Of a stretch of DNA of 40,058 bases, positions 26,708 to 37,005 are shown one piece after another (the stretch's first letter is position 1; the number at the start of each line of letters is the position of its first letter). The notes under the pieces were generated by a model. The model worked only from the letters and a program-made list of their open reading frames with translations, was not told where the DNA came from and made no database searches. A program made the position numbers and the translations under genes. The stretch is from a virus (Duplodnaviria; Heunggongvirae; Uroviricota; Caudoviricetes), in the IMG/VR virus record IMGVR_UViG_3300028456_000007; one strand, written 5' to 3'.

Positions 26708-28609
26708 ATGGCTGATAATTTTCAGCTTAAAGCCATCATAACCGCCGTTGACAGGCTATCCGGCCCGCTTAAAGGTATGCAGCGTCAGCTTAAGGGGTTT
26801 CAGAAAGAAGTCTCCAGCCTTGCTCTGGGCGCTGCCGGGGCGGGTACTGCAATAATGGGGGCACTGGCACTCCCTGTAAAATCAGCCATCACCCTTGAAT
26901 CGAAGATGGCTGATGTCCGCAAAGTGGTGGACGGTCTGGATACGCCGGATGCGTTTAAGGCCATGACGGAGCAGGTACGCGCTTTGTCTACTGAGCTTCC
27001 CATGTCTGCAGACGGGATCGCGGAAATTGTGGCGGCTGGCGGTCAGGCCGGGATTGCACGTGATGAACTGATGCAGTTTGCCACTGATGCGGTGAAGATG
27101 GGCGTGGCCTTTGATACCACGGCTGAAGAGTCCGGGCAGATGATGGCCCAGTGGCGTACTGCGTTTAATATGACGCAGGATGAAGTGGCCGGGCTGGCTG
27201 ACAAAATCAACTACCTTGGTAATACCGGCCCGGCGAATGCGAAGAAAATCTCCGATATTGTTACGCGTATTGGTCCTTTAGGTGGTGTTGCAGGTGTGGC
27301 TTCCGGCGAAATCGCGGCAATGGGGGCAACCATTGCCGGGATGGGCGTGGAGTCAGAAATTGCCGCCACAGGGATCAAGAACTTCATGCTTTCCCTGACC
27401 GCGGGAAATTCCGCGACAAAATCGCAGAAACAGGCATTACGTTTTCTGCGGATCAATCCGAAGAAATTAGCTGCTGATATGCAGAAAGATGCCCGGGGAA
27501 CCATGCTGTCTGTACTGGATGCGATGGCTAAAGTGCCTAAAGAAAAACAGGCAGCTGTGCTGAATGCCCTGTTCGGGAAAGAGTCTCTGGGCGCGATAGC
27601 ACCTCTGCTGACTAACCTTGATTTGTTGCGTACCAACTTCAGGCGGGTTGCGGATTCCCAGCAGTATGGCAGTTCGATGCAGAAGGAATATGCTTCGAGG
27701 GCAGCGACGACGGAAAACCAGCTTTTACTTCTGCAAAATCAACTTGATGCCATTTCTTCCACTCTGGGGGAAACGTTTCTTCCTGAGGTTAATGATGGTC
27801 TTGAAGCGGTAAAACCGCTCCTTGAGGAAGTGAGAACGTTTGTCCGTGAAAACCCGGAGCTCGTTAAGACCATTGCTAAAATCGGTCTGGCTTTACTGAC
27901 AGTGGGGGCCGCTGCAGGCTCTTTGTCCAGAATCATGAAAGTTCTCGGCGGTGTGATGAATATGACGCCTGCTAAGGGGCTGATTGCTCTTCTGGTTGGT
28001 GGCGCTTACCTCATTATTGATAATTGGGAAACCGTAGGTCCTGTCATAAAAAAAGTCTGGCACGTGGTGGATGAAACGGCGCAGGCGATGGGGGGATGGG
28101 AAACTGTTCTGAAAGCGATTGCCCTGTTTATGGCAACCAAATGGGTTGCTGACGTTACCAAATCCATTACCGCAGTGACCAGAGAGATGCGTACGCTGGG
28201 GAAGGTATCGGCAGAAACGGGATTGATGGGGAAAGGCCGCGGCTTTATCGGGAAGGCCGGGGTATATGGTTTTCTGGGAACCCTGATGTATGAGCCGGTT
28301 AAAGATACTTTGGAAAGTGTTGTTCCTGAAGATACGGTTAACTGGCTGGATAATAAAGGGCTGTTTCTGGCTTCAGACTGGACGCCTTTTTTTGATCGTA
28401 AAGAGTACGAGCAGTATCAGGCCAGCCTGAGTCAGTACAAACCCAATGTTCCGCTGTTGAATCCATCTTCTTCCATGACACAGCACAGCGAGCTGAAAGT
28501 CACGTTCGAGAATGCTCCGCCAGGTATGAAGATAATTGATGTACCGGGCAAAGCCGATCCCCTGATGAAAATCACGCACGATGTGGGGTATTCTCCATTC
28601 AGACGATAA
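26708..28609 (+). CDS. tail tape measure protein
   Basis: 633 aa, Ala/Gly-rich helical, central hydrophobic segment. Confidence 0.85.
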   Translation: MADNFQLKAIITAVDRLSGPLKGMQRQLKGFQKEVSSLALGAAGAGTAIMGALALPVKSAITLESKMADVRKVVDGLDTPDAFKAMTEQVRALSTELPMSADGIAEIVAAGGQAGIARDELMQFATDAVKMGVAFDTTAEESGQMMAQWRTAFNMTQDEVAGLADKINYLGNTGPANAKKISDIVTRIGPLGGVAGVASGEIAAMGATIAGMGVESEIAATGIKNFMLSLTAGNSATKSQKQALRFLRINPKKLAADMQKDARGTMLSVLDAMAKVPKEKQAAVLNALFGKESLGAIAPLLTNLDLLRTNFRRVADSQQYGSSMQKEYASRAATTENQLLLLQNQLDAISSTLGETFLPEVNDGLEAVKPLLEEVRTFVRENPELVKTIAKIGLALLTVGAAAGSLSRIMKVLGGVMNMTPAKGLIALLVGGAYLIIDNWETVGPVIKKVWHVVDETAQAMGGWETVLKAIALFMATKWVADVTKSITAVTREMRTLGKVSAETGLMGKGRGFIGKAGVYGFLGTLMYEPVKDTLESVVPEDTVNWLDNKGLFLASDWTPFFDRKEYEQYQASLSQYKPNVPLLNPSSSMTQHSELKVTFENAPPGMKIIDVPGKADPLMKITHDVGYSPFRR

Positions 28610-28673
28610 TATAACTACTTTAATCAAGTAGGGTTATTGAGTGGTAAAGTTTGTGCTGAATGTAGGAGAGAAT

Positions 28674-29162
28674 ATGAAGAAAATGTTTATATTGTTGTTG
28701 GCTGTAGGACTGCCATTAAACTCCTTTGCGAAGCCAGTAACGGAAAAGCAGCTTGCTACATACTTTATAGATAACGTTAAAACTTCAGCGGATAAGAATA
28801 TAGATCTAGATGTAGAGGGAATAAATAGACTGTCTGTAATATGCCCAGCAAAGTCGGCAAGTGGAACTCTTTTAATAAAAAAAGCATCCTACGAGTTTAA
28901 TAAAAGCATTGGTGCTTTTGATTTTGAAAATAACTCACAATCTGCACCATTGACTTTTATTGTACCAATTAGTGAGGATGAAAATAACTTTGACTCGGAA
29001 ATTATTGGTTTCTCTTTTGCATTTAAAATGCCAAGAGGGCAATTCTTTGTTGATGTTACGAAAACAGGGAAGGTAAAGGCTGGCGTAAATATTAGTGGTG
29101 AAAGCGGAATTACTTATTCATCATGTAGAATAGATACTCATAATGTTGATTATGATCGTTAA
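28674..29162 (+). CDS. secreted hypothetical protein (moron inside tail operon)
   Basis: AGGAGA SD before ATG 28674 (MKKMFILLLAVGLPLNSFA signal peptide); strongly AT-rich; own terminator. Confidence 0.55.
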   Translation: MKKMFILLLAVGLPLNSFAKPVTEKQLATYFIDNVKTSADKNIDLDVEGINRLSVICPAKSASGTLLIKKASYEFNKSIGAFDFENNSQSAPLTFIVPISEDENNFDSEIIGFSFAFKMPRGQFFVDVTKTGKVKAGVNISGESGITYSSCRIDTHNVDYDR

Positions 29163-29182
29163 TTTTATTACCTAATAAAAAA

Positions 29183-29208
29183 CCGCGTTTACACGCGGTT
29201 TTTATTTG
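29183..29208. terminator. rho-independent terminator (bidirectional)
   Basis: ACCGCG-TTTACA-CGCGGT hairpin flanked by A-run upstream and T-run downstream. Confidence 0.6.
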
Positions 29209-29218
29209 AGGTGACGCC

Positions 29219-30592
29219 ATGGATTTTTCTCATATTTCTTCGTACCTATCCTCTGATTCTCGAAGTGGCTGGCGTGAAAAGCTACTTGAAGCATCATTTC
29301 GAGGTGTGCCGTTTAAGGTTGAAGAAGAAAGTGCGGGAACCGGTCGCCGTGTGGAAACACATGAATACCCGAACCGCGACAAGCCCTATACCGAAGATCT
29401 GGGAAAAGTCACTTTCCGCCCGTCCATCACAGCTTATGTGGTGGGAGATGACTGCTTTGACCAGCGCGATCGCCTGATTGAAGCGCTGAATAAACCCGGT
29501 CCCGGCACGCTTGTCCACCCGACATATGGTGAGCTGAAAGTCTGTGTTGACGGGGAAGTTCGGGTCAGCACATCGAAAAGTGAAGGGCGTATTGTCCGCT
29601 TTGACCTGAAGTTTGTCGAAGCAGGAGAACTCTCTTACCCCACATCAGGTGCGGCGACGGCGCAGACGCTGATGTCATCCTGTTCTGCACTGGATGACTG
29701 CATCAGTGACAGCTTCAGCGGTTTCAGTATCGATGGTGTGGCGGATTTCGTGCAGAACGACGTTATCGGTAATGCCAGCATAATGCTGGGGTATGTTTCT
29801 GATGCGATGAAAGTGGTGGATTCTGCCGTATCGGATGCCGCCAGGCTGTTGCAGGGGGATATCTCGGTACTTCTGCCGCCGCCATCGTCAGGCAAAAATT
29901 TCGTTGAGCAGGTGCAGAAAATGTGGCGTACCGGGAAACGCCTTTATGGTAACGCCAGCGACCTGGTCACCATGATCAAAACGCTTTCCGGTGTCAGCCT
30001 CGGCAGCGATCTGCAACCGCGCGGCGTCTGGAAAACGGACAGTAAAACCACCGCCACGGCGACGCAGCAGCGTAACGTGGTTGCCAGCACCCTTCGTACG
30101 ACCGCAATCAGCGAAGCGGCGTATGCCGTCACCCGATTGCCTGCGCCAACAACTTCCGCGGTGATGCAGAATTCCGCAGTGGGGCAGGCAACAACACCTG
30201 CGCAGAGCACTGGCTGGCCTTCCGTCACGCATCCGGCACTGAACAATGCACCGGCGGTGAAAAACACAGTTGACCTGCCGACGTGGGAAGAACTGACTGA
30301 CATTCGCGACACACTGAATACGGCAATTGATAAGGAGTTGTCCCGTACAACCAGTGATGCGCTGTTTCTGGCGCTGCGCCGGGTGAAAGCAGATCTGAAT
30401 GCGGATATCAACACGCGCCTTGAACAGTCTGCACGGATCATTCAGCGCACGCCGGATGAGGTTTTACCCGCGCTGGTGCTGGCGGCGACCTGGTTTGATA
30501 ACGCGGCGCGTGATGCGGACATTATCCGGCGTAATGCCATTACGCATCCCGGCTTTGTGCCGGTGATCCCTCTGAAGGTGCCAGTGCAATGA
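29219..30592 (+). CDS. DNA circulation protein (Mu gp43-like)
   Basis: N-terminal region and position after tape measure. Confidence 0.7.
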   Translation: MDFSHISSYLSSDSRSGWREKLLEASFRGVPFKVEEESAGTGRRVETHEYPNRDKPYTEDLGKVTFRPSITAYVVGDDCFDQRDRLIEALNKPGPGTLVHPTYGELKVCVDGEVRVSTSKSEGRIVRFDLKFVEAGELSYPTSGAATAQTLMSSCSALDDCISDSFSGFSIDGVADFVQNDVIGNASIMLGYVSDAMKVVDSAVSDAARLLQGDISVLLPPPSSGKNFVEQVQKMWRTGKRLYGNASDLVTMIKTLSGVSLGSDLQPRGVWKTDSKTTATATQQRNVVASTLRTTAISEAAYAVTRLPAPTTSAVMQNSAVGQATTPAQSTGWPSVTHPALNNAPAVKNTVDLPTWEELTDIRDTLNTAIDKELSRTTSDALFLALRRVKADLNADINTRLEQSARIIQRTPDEVLPALVLAATWFDNAARDADIIRRNAITHPGFVPVIPLKVPVQ

Positions 30593-31668
30593 ACGACAAT
30601 GTCACGCTACGGGTAAATGGCCGGGAGTGGAATGGCTGGACATCGGTGCGCATCGGTGCCGGTATTGAACGGCTGGCGCGGGATTTCAGTGTGGAGATCA
30701 CTCGCCAGTGGCCGGGAGATGAGGGTATCACCACGCTTCAGCCGCGCATTAAAAACGGTTCAAAAGTGGAGGTGCTGATTGGTGATGAGCTGGTGATCAC
30801 CGGCTGGGTGGAGGCGACGCCCGTTCGTTACGATGCCCGTTCGGTCAGCACCGGTATTGCCGGACGCAGTCTGACCGCTGACCTGATTGACTGTGCAGCC
30901 GAACCGACACAGTTTAACGGACGATCGCTGGTACAGATAGCGCAGGCGCTTGCTGCGCCTTTCGGCATTGAGGTGGTGAACAACGGTGCGCCGTCGGGTG
31001 TTATTCCTGACGTCCAGCCCGATCACGGCGAAACGGTGATTGAGGTGATCAACAAAATACTCGGTCAGCAGCAGGCACTGGCTTACGACGACCCGCACGG
31101 CAGGCTGGTGATTGGCGGTATTGGCTCAACGCGGGCACATACCGCGCTGGTACTCGGGGAAAACATCCTTTCCTGCGATACGGAGAAGAGTATCCGGGAG
31201 CGGTTTTCTGTTTACCAGGTGGCGGGGCAGCGTGCCGGAAACGACGATGATTTCGGTGAGGCCACCACCACCGCGCTGCGGGCCCGCACAGAGGACGCAT
31301 TTATTGCCCGTTACCGTCCGATGTATATCAGGCAGACAGGGCAGGCCACGGGGGCAGGCTGTATTGCGCGTGCTGACTTTGAAGCCCGACAACGGGCGGC
31401 GCGGACGGATGAAACCACCTATGTGGTGCAGGGCTGGCGACAGAGTAACGGTACGCTGTGGCAGCCCAACCAGCGGGTGATTGTCTTCGATCCGGTCTGT
31501 GGTTTCGACAATACCGAACTGCTTGTTTCGGAAGTCACGTTTACTCAGGACCAGAACGGCACCCTGACGGAAATCCGTGTCGGCCCACCTGATGCTTATC
31601 TGCCTGAACCCGAAGCCCCCGGCGCGCGGAAAAAGAAAAAAGCCAGAGTACAGGAGGACCCGTTCTGA
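30589..31668 (+). CDS. baseplate hub protein (Mu gp44 / gpD-like)
   Basis: position and size; ATGA coupling. Confidence 0.7.
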   Translation: MNDNVTLRVNGREWNGWTSVRIGAGIERLARDFSVEITRQWPGDEGITTLQPRIKNGSKVEVLIGDELVITGWVEATPVRYDARSVSTGIAGRSLTADLIDCAAEPTQFNGRSLVQIAQALAAPFGIEVVNNGAPSGVIPDVQPDHGETVIEVINKILGQQQALAYDDPHGRLVIGGIGSTRAHTALVLGENILSCDTEKSIRERFSVYQVAGQRAGNDDDFGEATTTALRARTEDAFIARYRPMYIRQTGQATGAGCIARADFEARQRAARTDETTYVVQGWRQSNGTLWQPNQRVIVFDPVCGFDNTELLVSEVTFTQDQNGTLTEIRVGPPDAYLPEPEAPGARKKKKARVQEDPF

Positions 31669-32216
31669 TGAGGACGATTGAAGCCATGCAGCGACAACTC
31701 CTCGGCCTGATTGGGCGGGCAGTGGTGAAAAGCATCAGTGCCGCCACGAAATGTCAGACCGTGGATGTGTCTCTGATTGCCGGTGAACCCAAAGCCGGGG
31801 TTGAACATCTTGAACCCTACGGTTTTACCTCAAGGGCAAACAGCGGTGCGGAAGCGGTGGTGTTGTTTCCGGATGGCGACCGTTCTCATGCGGTGGTTGT
31901 TACGGTGTCGGACCGGCGCTACCGCCTGAAAGGGCTGCAGACGGGTGAGGTGGCTGTCTATGACGATCAGGGGCAGTCCGTGACGCTGACCCGGGAGGGG
32001 ATCGTGGTGGACGGTGCAGGTAAAACGATCACGTTTCGCAATGCGCCTAAGGCTCGTTTTGAAATGGACCTGGAAGTGACCGGACAGGTGAAAGACCTGT
32101 GCGACTCCGGCGGCACCACCATGTCAGCGATGCGGCTTGCCTATAACGGGCATCGTCACAGAGAGAACGGTCAGGGCAGTAACACCGACAAACCTGATAA
32201 AGCGATGGAGGCATGA
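31668..32216 (+). CDS. baseplate spike protein (gpV / Mu gp45-like)
   Basis: position and size. Confidence 0.7.
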   Translation: MRTIEAMQRQLLGLIGRAVVKSISAATKCQTVDVSLIAGEPKAGVEHLEPYGFTSRANSGAEAVVLFPDGDRSHAVVVTVSDRRYRLKGLQTGEVAVYDDQGQSVTLTREGIVVDGAGKTITFRNAPKARFEMDLEVTGQVKDLCDSGGTTMSAMRLAYNGHRHRENGQGSNTDKPDKAMEA

Positions 32217-32641
32217 TGGAACTGTGGCTGACGGTGAACGGTAAACGCACCTGCGCCAGCGCACCGCTGGATCCGCTGACCCGTGCCGTGGTGATTTCCC
32301 TGTTCACCTGGCGGCGGGCTGAACCTGATGACAATGCCGACGTCCCGATGGGATGGTGGGGGGATACCTGGCCTGCGGTACAGAATGACCGTTACGGCTC
32401 CCGACTGTGGCTGCTTCAGCGCAGCAAACTGACCAATCAGCTGGTGCAGACGGTAAGGGGGTATATCCGCGAATGCCTGCAATGGATGATTGATGACGGC
32501 GTGGTGTCCCGTATTGATCTGGATATCCGCCGCACCGGGATTAATGAACTGGGTAACAGTATCACTCTCTGGCGTCGTGACGGACCGGTAATGATTTCTT
32601 TTGATGATCTGTGGAGTGCGATAACGCATGGCGGACAGTGA
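32213..32641 (+). CDS. baseplate wedge protein (gpW/gp25-like, Mu gp46-like)
   Basis: position and size. Confidence 0.65.
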   Translation: MMELWLTVNGKRTCASAPLDPLTRAVVISLFTWRRAEPDDNADVPMGWWGDTWPAVQNDRYGSRLWLLQRSKLTNQLVQTVRGYIRECLQWMIDDGVVSRIDLDIRRTGINELGNSITLWRRDGPVMISFDDLWSAITHGGQ

Positions 32642-33686
32642 ATTTCAGCGCCCGACGCTGGCAGAAAATATCAGTATGCTCCGTAACGATTTATTCGCCA
32701 GGCTGGACGTCAGCGACACGCTCCGGCGCATGGATGAAGACGTGCGGGCAAAGGTGTATGCGGCGGCGCTGCATACGGTTTACGGGTACATCGATTATCT
32801 GGCAATGAATATGCTGCCTGACCTGTGCGATGAGTCCTGGCTGGCGCGACATGCTGCGATGAAACGGTGTCCGCGCAAGGGGGCCACGGCTGCCAGCGGG
32901 TATATGCGCTGGGAAGGTGTCAGCGATGGCCTGAAGGTGACCGCCGGGAGTGTTATTCAGCGCGATGACCTGGTTCAGTACACGGCAACTGCCGATGCAA
33001 CCAGCACTGGTGGTGTCCTGCGTGTGCCGATCACTTGCTCAACTACAGGCGCGGTCGGTAACGCTGACGACGGTACGGCATTAATCCTGGTCACGCCGGT
33101 GAATGGTCTGCCGTCTTCCGGTGTGGCTGACACCCTGACAGGCGGATTTGATACTGAAGAGCTGGAAACGTGGCGCGCCCGCGTCATTGAGCGGTATTAC
33201 TGGACGCCGCAGGGCGGGGCTGACGGGGACTATGTCGTCTGGGCTAAAGAAGTGCCCGGCATTACCCGCGCATGGACATACCGTCACTGGATGGGAACGG
33301 GAACTGTCGGTGTGATGATTGCCAGCAGTGACCTGATTAATCCCATTCCGGAAGAATCAACGGAAACGGCAGCAAGACAACATATCGGGCCACTGGCCCC
33401 GGTGGCAGGCTCTGATTTGTATGTATTCAGGCCGGTGGCACATACGGTGGATTTTCATATCCGCGTGACGCCGGACACACCGGAAATACGGGCTGCCATT
33501 ACCGCGGAGTTGCGTTCGTTCCTGCTGCGTGATGGTTATCCGCAGGGAGAACTGAAGGTGTCACGTATCAGTGAAGCGATTTCCGGTGCGAACGGGGAAT
33601 ACAGCCATCAGTTGCTTGCACCGGTGGACAATATCTCCATTGCGAAAAACGAACTGGCGGTACTGGGGACGATTTCATGGACGTGA
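32628..33686 (+). CDS. baseplate J-like protein (Mu gp47-like)
   Basis: 352 aa; position. Confidence 0.8.
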   Translation: MADSEFQRPTLAENISMLRNDLFARLDVSDTLRRMDEDVRAKVYAAALHTVYGYIDYLAMNMLPDLCDESWLARHAAMKRCPRKGATAASGYMRWEGVSDGLKVTAGSVIQRDDLVQYTATADATSTGGVLRVPITCSTTGAVGNADDGTALILVTPVNGLPSSGVADTLTGGFDTEELETWRARVIERYYWTPQGGADGDYVVWAKEVPGITRAWTYRHWMGTGTVGVMIASSDLINPIPEESTETAARQHIGPLAPVAGSDLYVFRPVAHTVDFHIRVTPDTPEIRAAITAELRSFLLRDGYPQGELKVSRISEAISGANGEYSHQLLAPVDNISIAKNELAVLGTISWT

Positions 33687-34261
33687 CAAACGATGATTAC
33701 ATCCGCCTGTTATCGGCACTGTTGCCGCCCGGTCCGGCGTGGTCAGCCAGCGATCCGGCGATTGCCGGTGCGGCACCGTCATTAACCCGTGTTCATCAGC
33801 GTGCGGATGCCCTGATGCGGGAGCTGGATCCGCGCACCACCACTGAACTGATAAACCGCTGGGAGCGTCTGTGCGGTCTGCCGGATGAATGTATTCCGGC
33901 GGGAACGCAGACCCTTCGCCAGCGTCAGCAACGGCTGGATGCGAAGGTTAACCTGGCGGGCGGCATCAACGAGGATTTTTATCTTGCACAGCTTGCTGCC
34001 CTGGGCAGACCAGATGCCACCATCACGCGATACGACAAAAGCACGTTCACCTGCTCATCGGCCTGTACTGACGCGGTGAATGCGCCGGAATGGCGGTATT
34101 ACTGGCAGGTCAACATGCCAACCACCACCAACACCACTTGGATGACATGTGGCGATCCCTGTGATTCCGCGCTGCGTATCTGGGGCGACACCGTTGTCGA
34201 GTGTGTGCTTAACAAACTCTGCCCGTCGCATACCTACGTAATTTTTAAATATCCGGAGTAA
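33677..34261 (+). CDS. tail protein (Mu gp48-like, DUF2313-type)
   Basis: position between baseplate J and tail fibre. Confidence 0.6.
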   Translation: MDVTNDDYIRLLSALLPPGPAWSASDPAIAGAAPSLTRVHQRADALMRELDPRTTTELINRWERLCGLPDECIPAGTQTLRQRQQRLDAKVNLAGGINEDFYLAQLAALGRPDATITRYDKSTFTCSSACTDAVNAPEWRYYWQVNMPTTTNTTWMTCGDPCDSALRIWGDTVVECVLNKLCPSHTYVIFKYPE

Positions 34262-34264
34262 TCC

Positions 34265-35017
34265 ATGCATCGTATAGACACGAAAACCGCGCAGAAGGAT
34301 AAGTTCGGCGCGGGTAAGAACGGTTTTACCCGTGGTAACCCCCAGACCGGCACGCCTGCCACCGATCTGGATGATGACTACTTTGATATGTTGCAGGAAG
34401 AACTCTGCAGCGTGGTGGAGGCATCCGGTGCCAGCCTGGAGAAGGCGCGGCACGACCAGTTGCTTACCGCGCTTCGTGCGCTGCTGTTAAGCCGCAAGAA
34501 TCCGTTTGGCGATATCAAATCGGATGGCACTGTGCAAACGGCTCTCGAAAACCTTGGTTTGGGAGAAGGCTCTGCATTACCCGTAGGTGTGCCTGTCCCG
34601 TGGCCTTTATCCACAACGCCAACAGGCTGGCTGAAATGCAACGGTGCGTCTTTTTCTGCTGAAGAATACCCGGAACTGGCAAAGGCTTATCCGACAAATA
34701 AATTGCCTGATTTACGTGGTGAGTTTATTCGTGGCTGGGATGACGGGCGCGGTGTCGATAGCGGTCGCGCGCTTCTTTCTGCCCAAGGCGATGCTATTCG
34801 AAACATTACCGGGCGTGTAGATAATGCGCTAACAAGTGCTCCAACTATTTATCATGGAGCTATGCAATATCAAGGCGCCAGCTCTGTAACAATGGCTGAA
34901 GGCGGTAAGGTTGTATCCGCAATGAATATTTCTTTTGATGCTTCACGTGTTGTTTCGACAGCTTCTGAGAACCGCCCCCGCAACATTGCATTTAATTTCA
35001 TGGTAAGGGCTAAATAA
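34265..35017 (+). CDS. tail fibre protein, constant N-terminal part fused to currently expressed variable C-terminal part
   Basis: N-terminus [21 protein letters not shown] resembles Mu S-type fibre; crossover site falls at residues ~97-101 (LGLGE). Confidence 0.8.
   Translation: MHRIDTKTAQKDKFGAGKNGFTRGNPQTGTPATDLDDDYFDMLQEELCSVVEASGASLEKARHDQLLTALRALLLSRKNPFGDIKSDGTVQTALENLGLGEGSALPVGVPVPWPLSTTPTGWLKCNGASFSAEEYPELAKAYPTNKLPDLRGEFIRGWDDGRGVDSGRALLSAQGDAIRNITGRVDNALTSAPTIYHGAMQYQGASSVTMAEGGKVVSAMNISFDASRVVSTASENRPRNIAFNFMVRAK
34542..34567. other. hix/gix-like recombination site (left, inside tail fibre gene)
   Basis: CTCTCGAAAACC-TT-GGTTTGGGAGAA; compare recalled hixL TTCTTGAAAACC-AA-GGTTTTTGATAA. 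Confidence 0.6.
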
Positions 35018-35610
35018 TGAAACCTGTATTTGATGAAAATGACCTGGCAACAGAGGCGGGCAACATCCGTTGTTTCTACTTCGATCCTGTAACGTTCGAA
35101 TATACTGGCTGGTCTGACGAATATATTAATGTTGGTGTAAGCATGCCTGGCCATTCAACAGATATTGACCCAGGTGATGAAGTGGACGGAAAAATTGCAG
35201 TGTTCACAAACGGTCAGTGGGAGCTGTACGAGGACCATCGAGGGGGCGCGGTTTATTCAACAACCGATGCTTCAGCCGTTACGGTGGACTATATTGGCCC
35301 GGTAAAGGATGGTTACACCATCCTTGCACCTTCAGGCCCATACGATAAATGGGATGGAGAGAAATGGGTGACCGATACTGAGGCACAGCATAGCGCCGCA
35401 GTAGACGCGGCAGAAGTACAGCGTCAGTCACTGATTAATACTGCAATGGCTTCCATTAGTCTGATTCAACTTAAATTGCAGGCCGGGCGGAAGCTGATGC
35501 AGGCAGAGACCACCCGACTTAACACTGTGCTGGATTACATTGACGCGGTGACGGCAACAGATACCAGCACAGCGCCGGATGTCATCTGGCCTGAACTGCC
35601 GGAGGCGTAG
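35017..35610 (+). CDS. tail fibre assembly protein
   Basis: Tfa-like sequence directly after fibre gene. Confidence 0.8.
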   Translation: MKPVFDENDLATEAGNIRCFYFDPVTFEYTGWSDEYINVGVSMPGHSTDIDPGDEVDGKIAVFTNGQWELYEDHRGGAVYSTTDASAVTVDYIGPVKDGYTILAPSGPYDKWDGEKWVTDTEAQHSAAVDAAEVQRQSLINTAMASISLIQLKLQAGRKLMQAETTRLNTVLDYIDAVTATDTSTAPDVIWPELPEA

Positions 35611-36019
35611 GCCATTCAATATCTGGCACACTGGAGGTATCAACCAGCTCCAGTGCGTCCAGGTAATCCAGCCACAAATTATATTGCGCCAGTTCCTCGT
35701 CTTTCAGACGACCAATAGCGGCTTTACCGGGCCATTGTTTACTGTTCATGTATTCGTTGGCCTGATTAAGCAATAATTGCCTTTCTGATTCTGCCTGTTG
35801 AATAAGTTCTTCATGTGATGGTGAAGGTATTAGTGCCCATGTGGGTAATCCATTTTCTCCTGCAACACGAATTTTGCCATCTGGGGGCGTATTTATTGCA
35901 AATTCATTATAAACATCGTCACTGACAGCCAGAGCATCATCTGGCCATGAATTTGCATTAATGTAATCATCCTTAAGTGCAGGATTCACAAAAATGTTTA
36001 AAGATGGACTATAAAACAT
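35582..36019 (-). CDS. alternative tail fibre assembly protein (paired with silent fibre variant)
   Basis: Tfa-like sequence on opposite strand, convergent with the other assembly gene. Confidence 0.75.
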   Translation of the reverse strand: MFYSPSLNIFVNPALKDDYINANSWPDDALAVSDDVYNEFAINTPPDGKIRVAGENGLPTWALIPSPSHEELIQQAESERQLLLNQANEYMNSKQWPGKAAIGRLKDEELAQYNLWLDYLDALELVDTSSVPDIEWPTPPAVQAR

Positions 36020-36020
36020 A

Positions 36021-36356
36021 TTACACCCCTATAGCGATATAACGACCTAATACAGCGTTTGCAGCAGTCGCTATGCTTGAAAAACCGCGGAACTGATTTG
36101 ATGTAATTGCAGAAGCCGACAGGATTCCTGCGCCTGAAGGTGTATGCCCCACATGACTAACTATCATTACATAACATGCTGACGGAAAGGCAAAAGGAAA
36201 ATCATTAAGATATCCGGCATCTTCACCACCAGACCCACCAAATCTCGCCTGCCCCCACTGAATAATCAGTGTTCTCCGGGAACCTGAAATAATTAACGGG
36301 ATCGTTACATACCCATTCAGGCCAATGACACCCGATGCAGTGCCAGCCAGAGATAA
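36021..36356 (-). CDS. alternative tail fibre C-terminal segment, silent in this orientation
   Basis: reverse-strand reading frame continues from the right crossover site (GLGELSLAGT...) with no own ATG; in-frame stop just outside the site. Confidence 0.6.
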   Translation of the reverse strand, partial: LSLAGTASGVIGLNGYVTIPLIISGSRRTLIIQWGQARFGGSGGEDAGYLNDFPFAFPSACYVMIVSHVGHTPSGAGILSASAITSNQFRGFSSIATAANAVLGRYIAIGV

Positions 36357-36382
36357 TTCTCCCAAACCAACCTTTCAAATAT
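36357..36382. other. hix/gix-like recombination site (right)
   Basis: reverse strand ATATTTGAAAGG-TT-GGTTTGGGAGAA; inner half identical to left site, outer half divergent. Confidence 0.55.
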
Positions 36383-36441
36383 TTTTCTGAATCAGGTGAT
36401 ATTTCGCCTCTTCTCCTGTTTTTACAACAGGAGAAGCACTC

Positions 36442-37005
36442 ATGATTTACGGGTATGTTCGTGTATCAACAAATCATCAGGATACAGAGTTGCAACGTCT
36501 TGCACTTGAGTCAGCTGGCTGTGAGCGAATTTATGAAGAATATGCCAGTGGCAGAACAGCTAATCGCCCTGTGTTAAAGGAATTAATTACGGTGATGAAA
36601 AGTGGAGATGAGTTGATTGTCTGGAAGTTAGATCGGATAGGGAGAAATGTGCTGCATGCGCTATTGATGTTTCAAAATCTGCACGAAAAAGGTGTTAATT
36701 TTCGGAGTATTACAGATGGCGTAGACCTGAAAACAGCAAGTGGTCGCTATAATTTCCGTAATATTCTTTCTGCTGCGCAGTATGAATCTGATTTGAATAG
36801 CGAGCGAACTTTAGCTGGTTTGGCTATTGCCAGATCCAAAGGCCGGATTGGTGGGCGTAGACCGAAGTTTAGCGACGAGCAGTGGCAACAGATGGGAGCG
36901 CTCATAGCGGCAGGGAAATCACGGCGTTATGTTGCACGTATCTATAACGTTGGGCTATCAACCCTATATAAACGATTTCCTGTTACTGGCATTCAAACGA
37001 AATAA
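36442..37005 (+). CDS. DNA invertase, serine recombinase (Pin/Gin/Hin/Cin family)
   Basis: YGYVRVSTNHQ catalytic Ser motif, resolvase-type N-terminal domain, C-terminal HTH; AGGAGAA SD. Confidence 0.9.
   Translation: MIYGYVRVSTNHQDTELQRLALESAGCERIYEEYASGRTANRPVLKELITVMKSGDELIVWKLDRIGRNVLHALLMFQNLHEKGVNFRSITDGVDLKTASGRYNFRNILSAAQYESDLNSERTLAGLAIARSKGRIGGRRPKFSDEQWQQMGALIAAGKSRRYVARIYNVGLSTLYKRFPVTGIQTK

Larger units (their letters stand above)
34554..36370. mobile_element. invertible tail-fibre segment (G/C/P-segment-like)
   Basis: bounded by inverted hix-like sites; contains two convergent fibre C-terminal + assembly gene pairs; invertase gene directly downstream. Confidence 0.6.

Noticed and set aside
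29944-30441. 165-aa reverse-strand ORF (and 29888..30232)
   Set aside because: Lies inside the forward DNA-circulation gene; Arg/Ser/Ala-rich shadow-frame composition.
36411-36435. 10-5-10 palindrome as the right inversion site
   Set aside because: The hix/gix-like match and the in-frame fusion point are at 36357..36382; the palindrome is reported separately as a possible translational control element.
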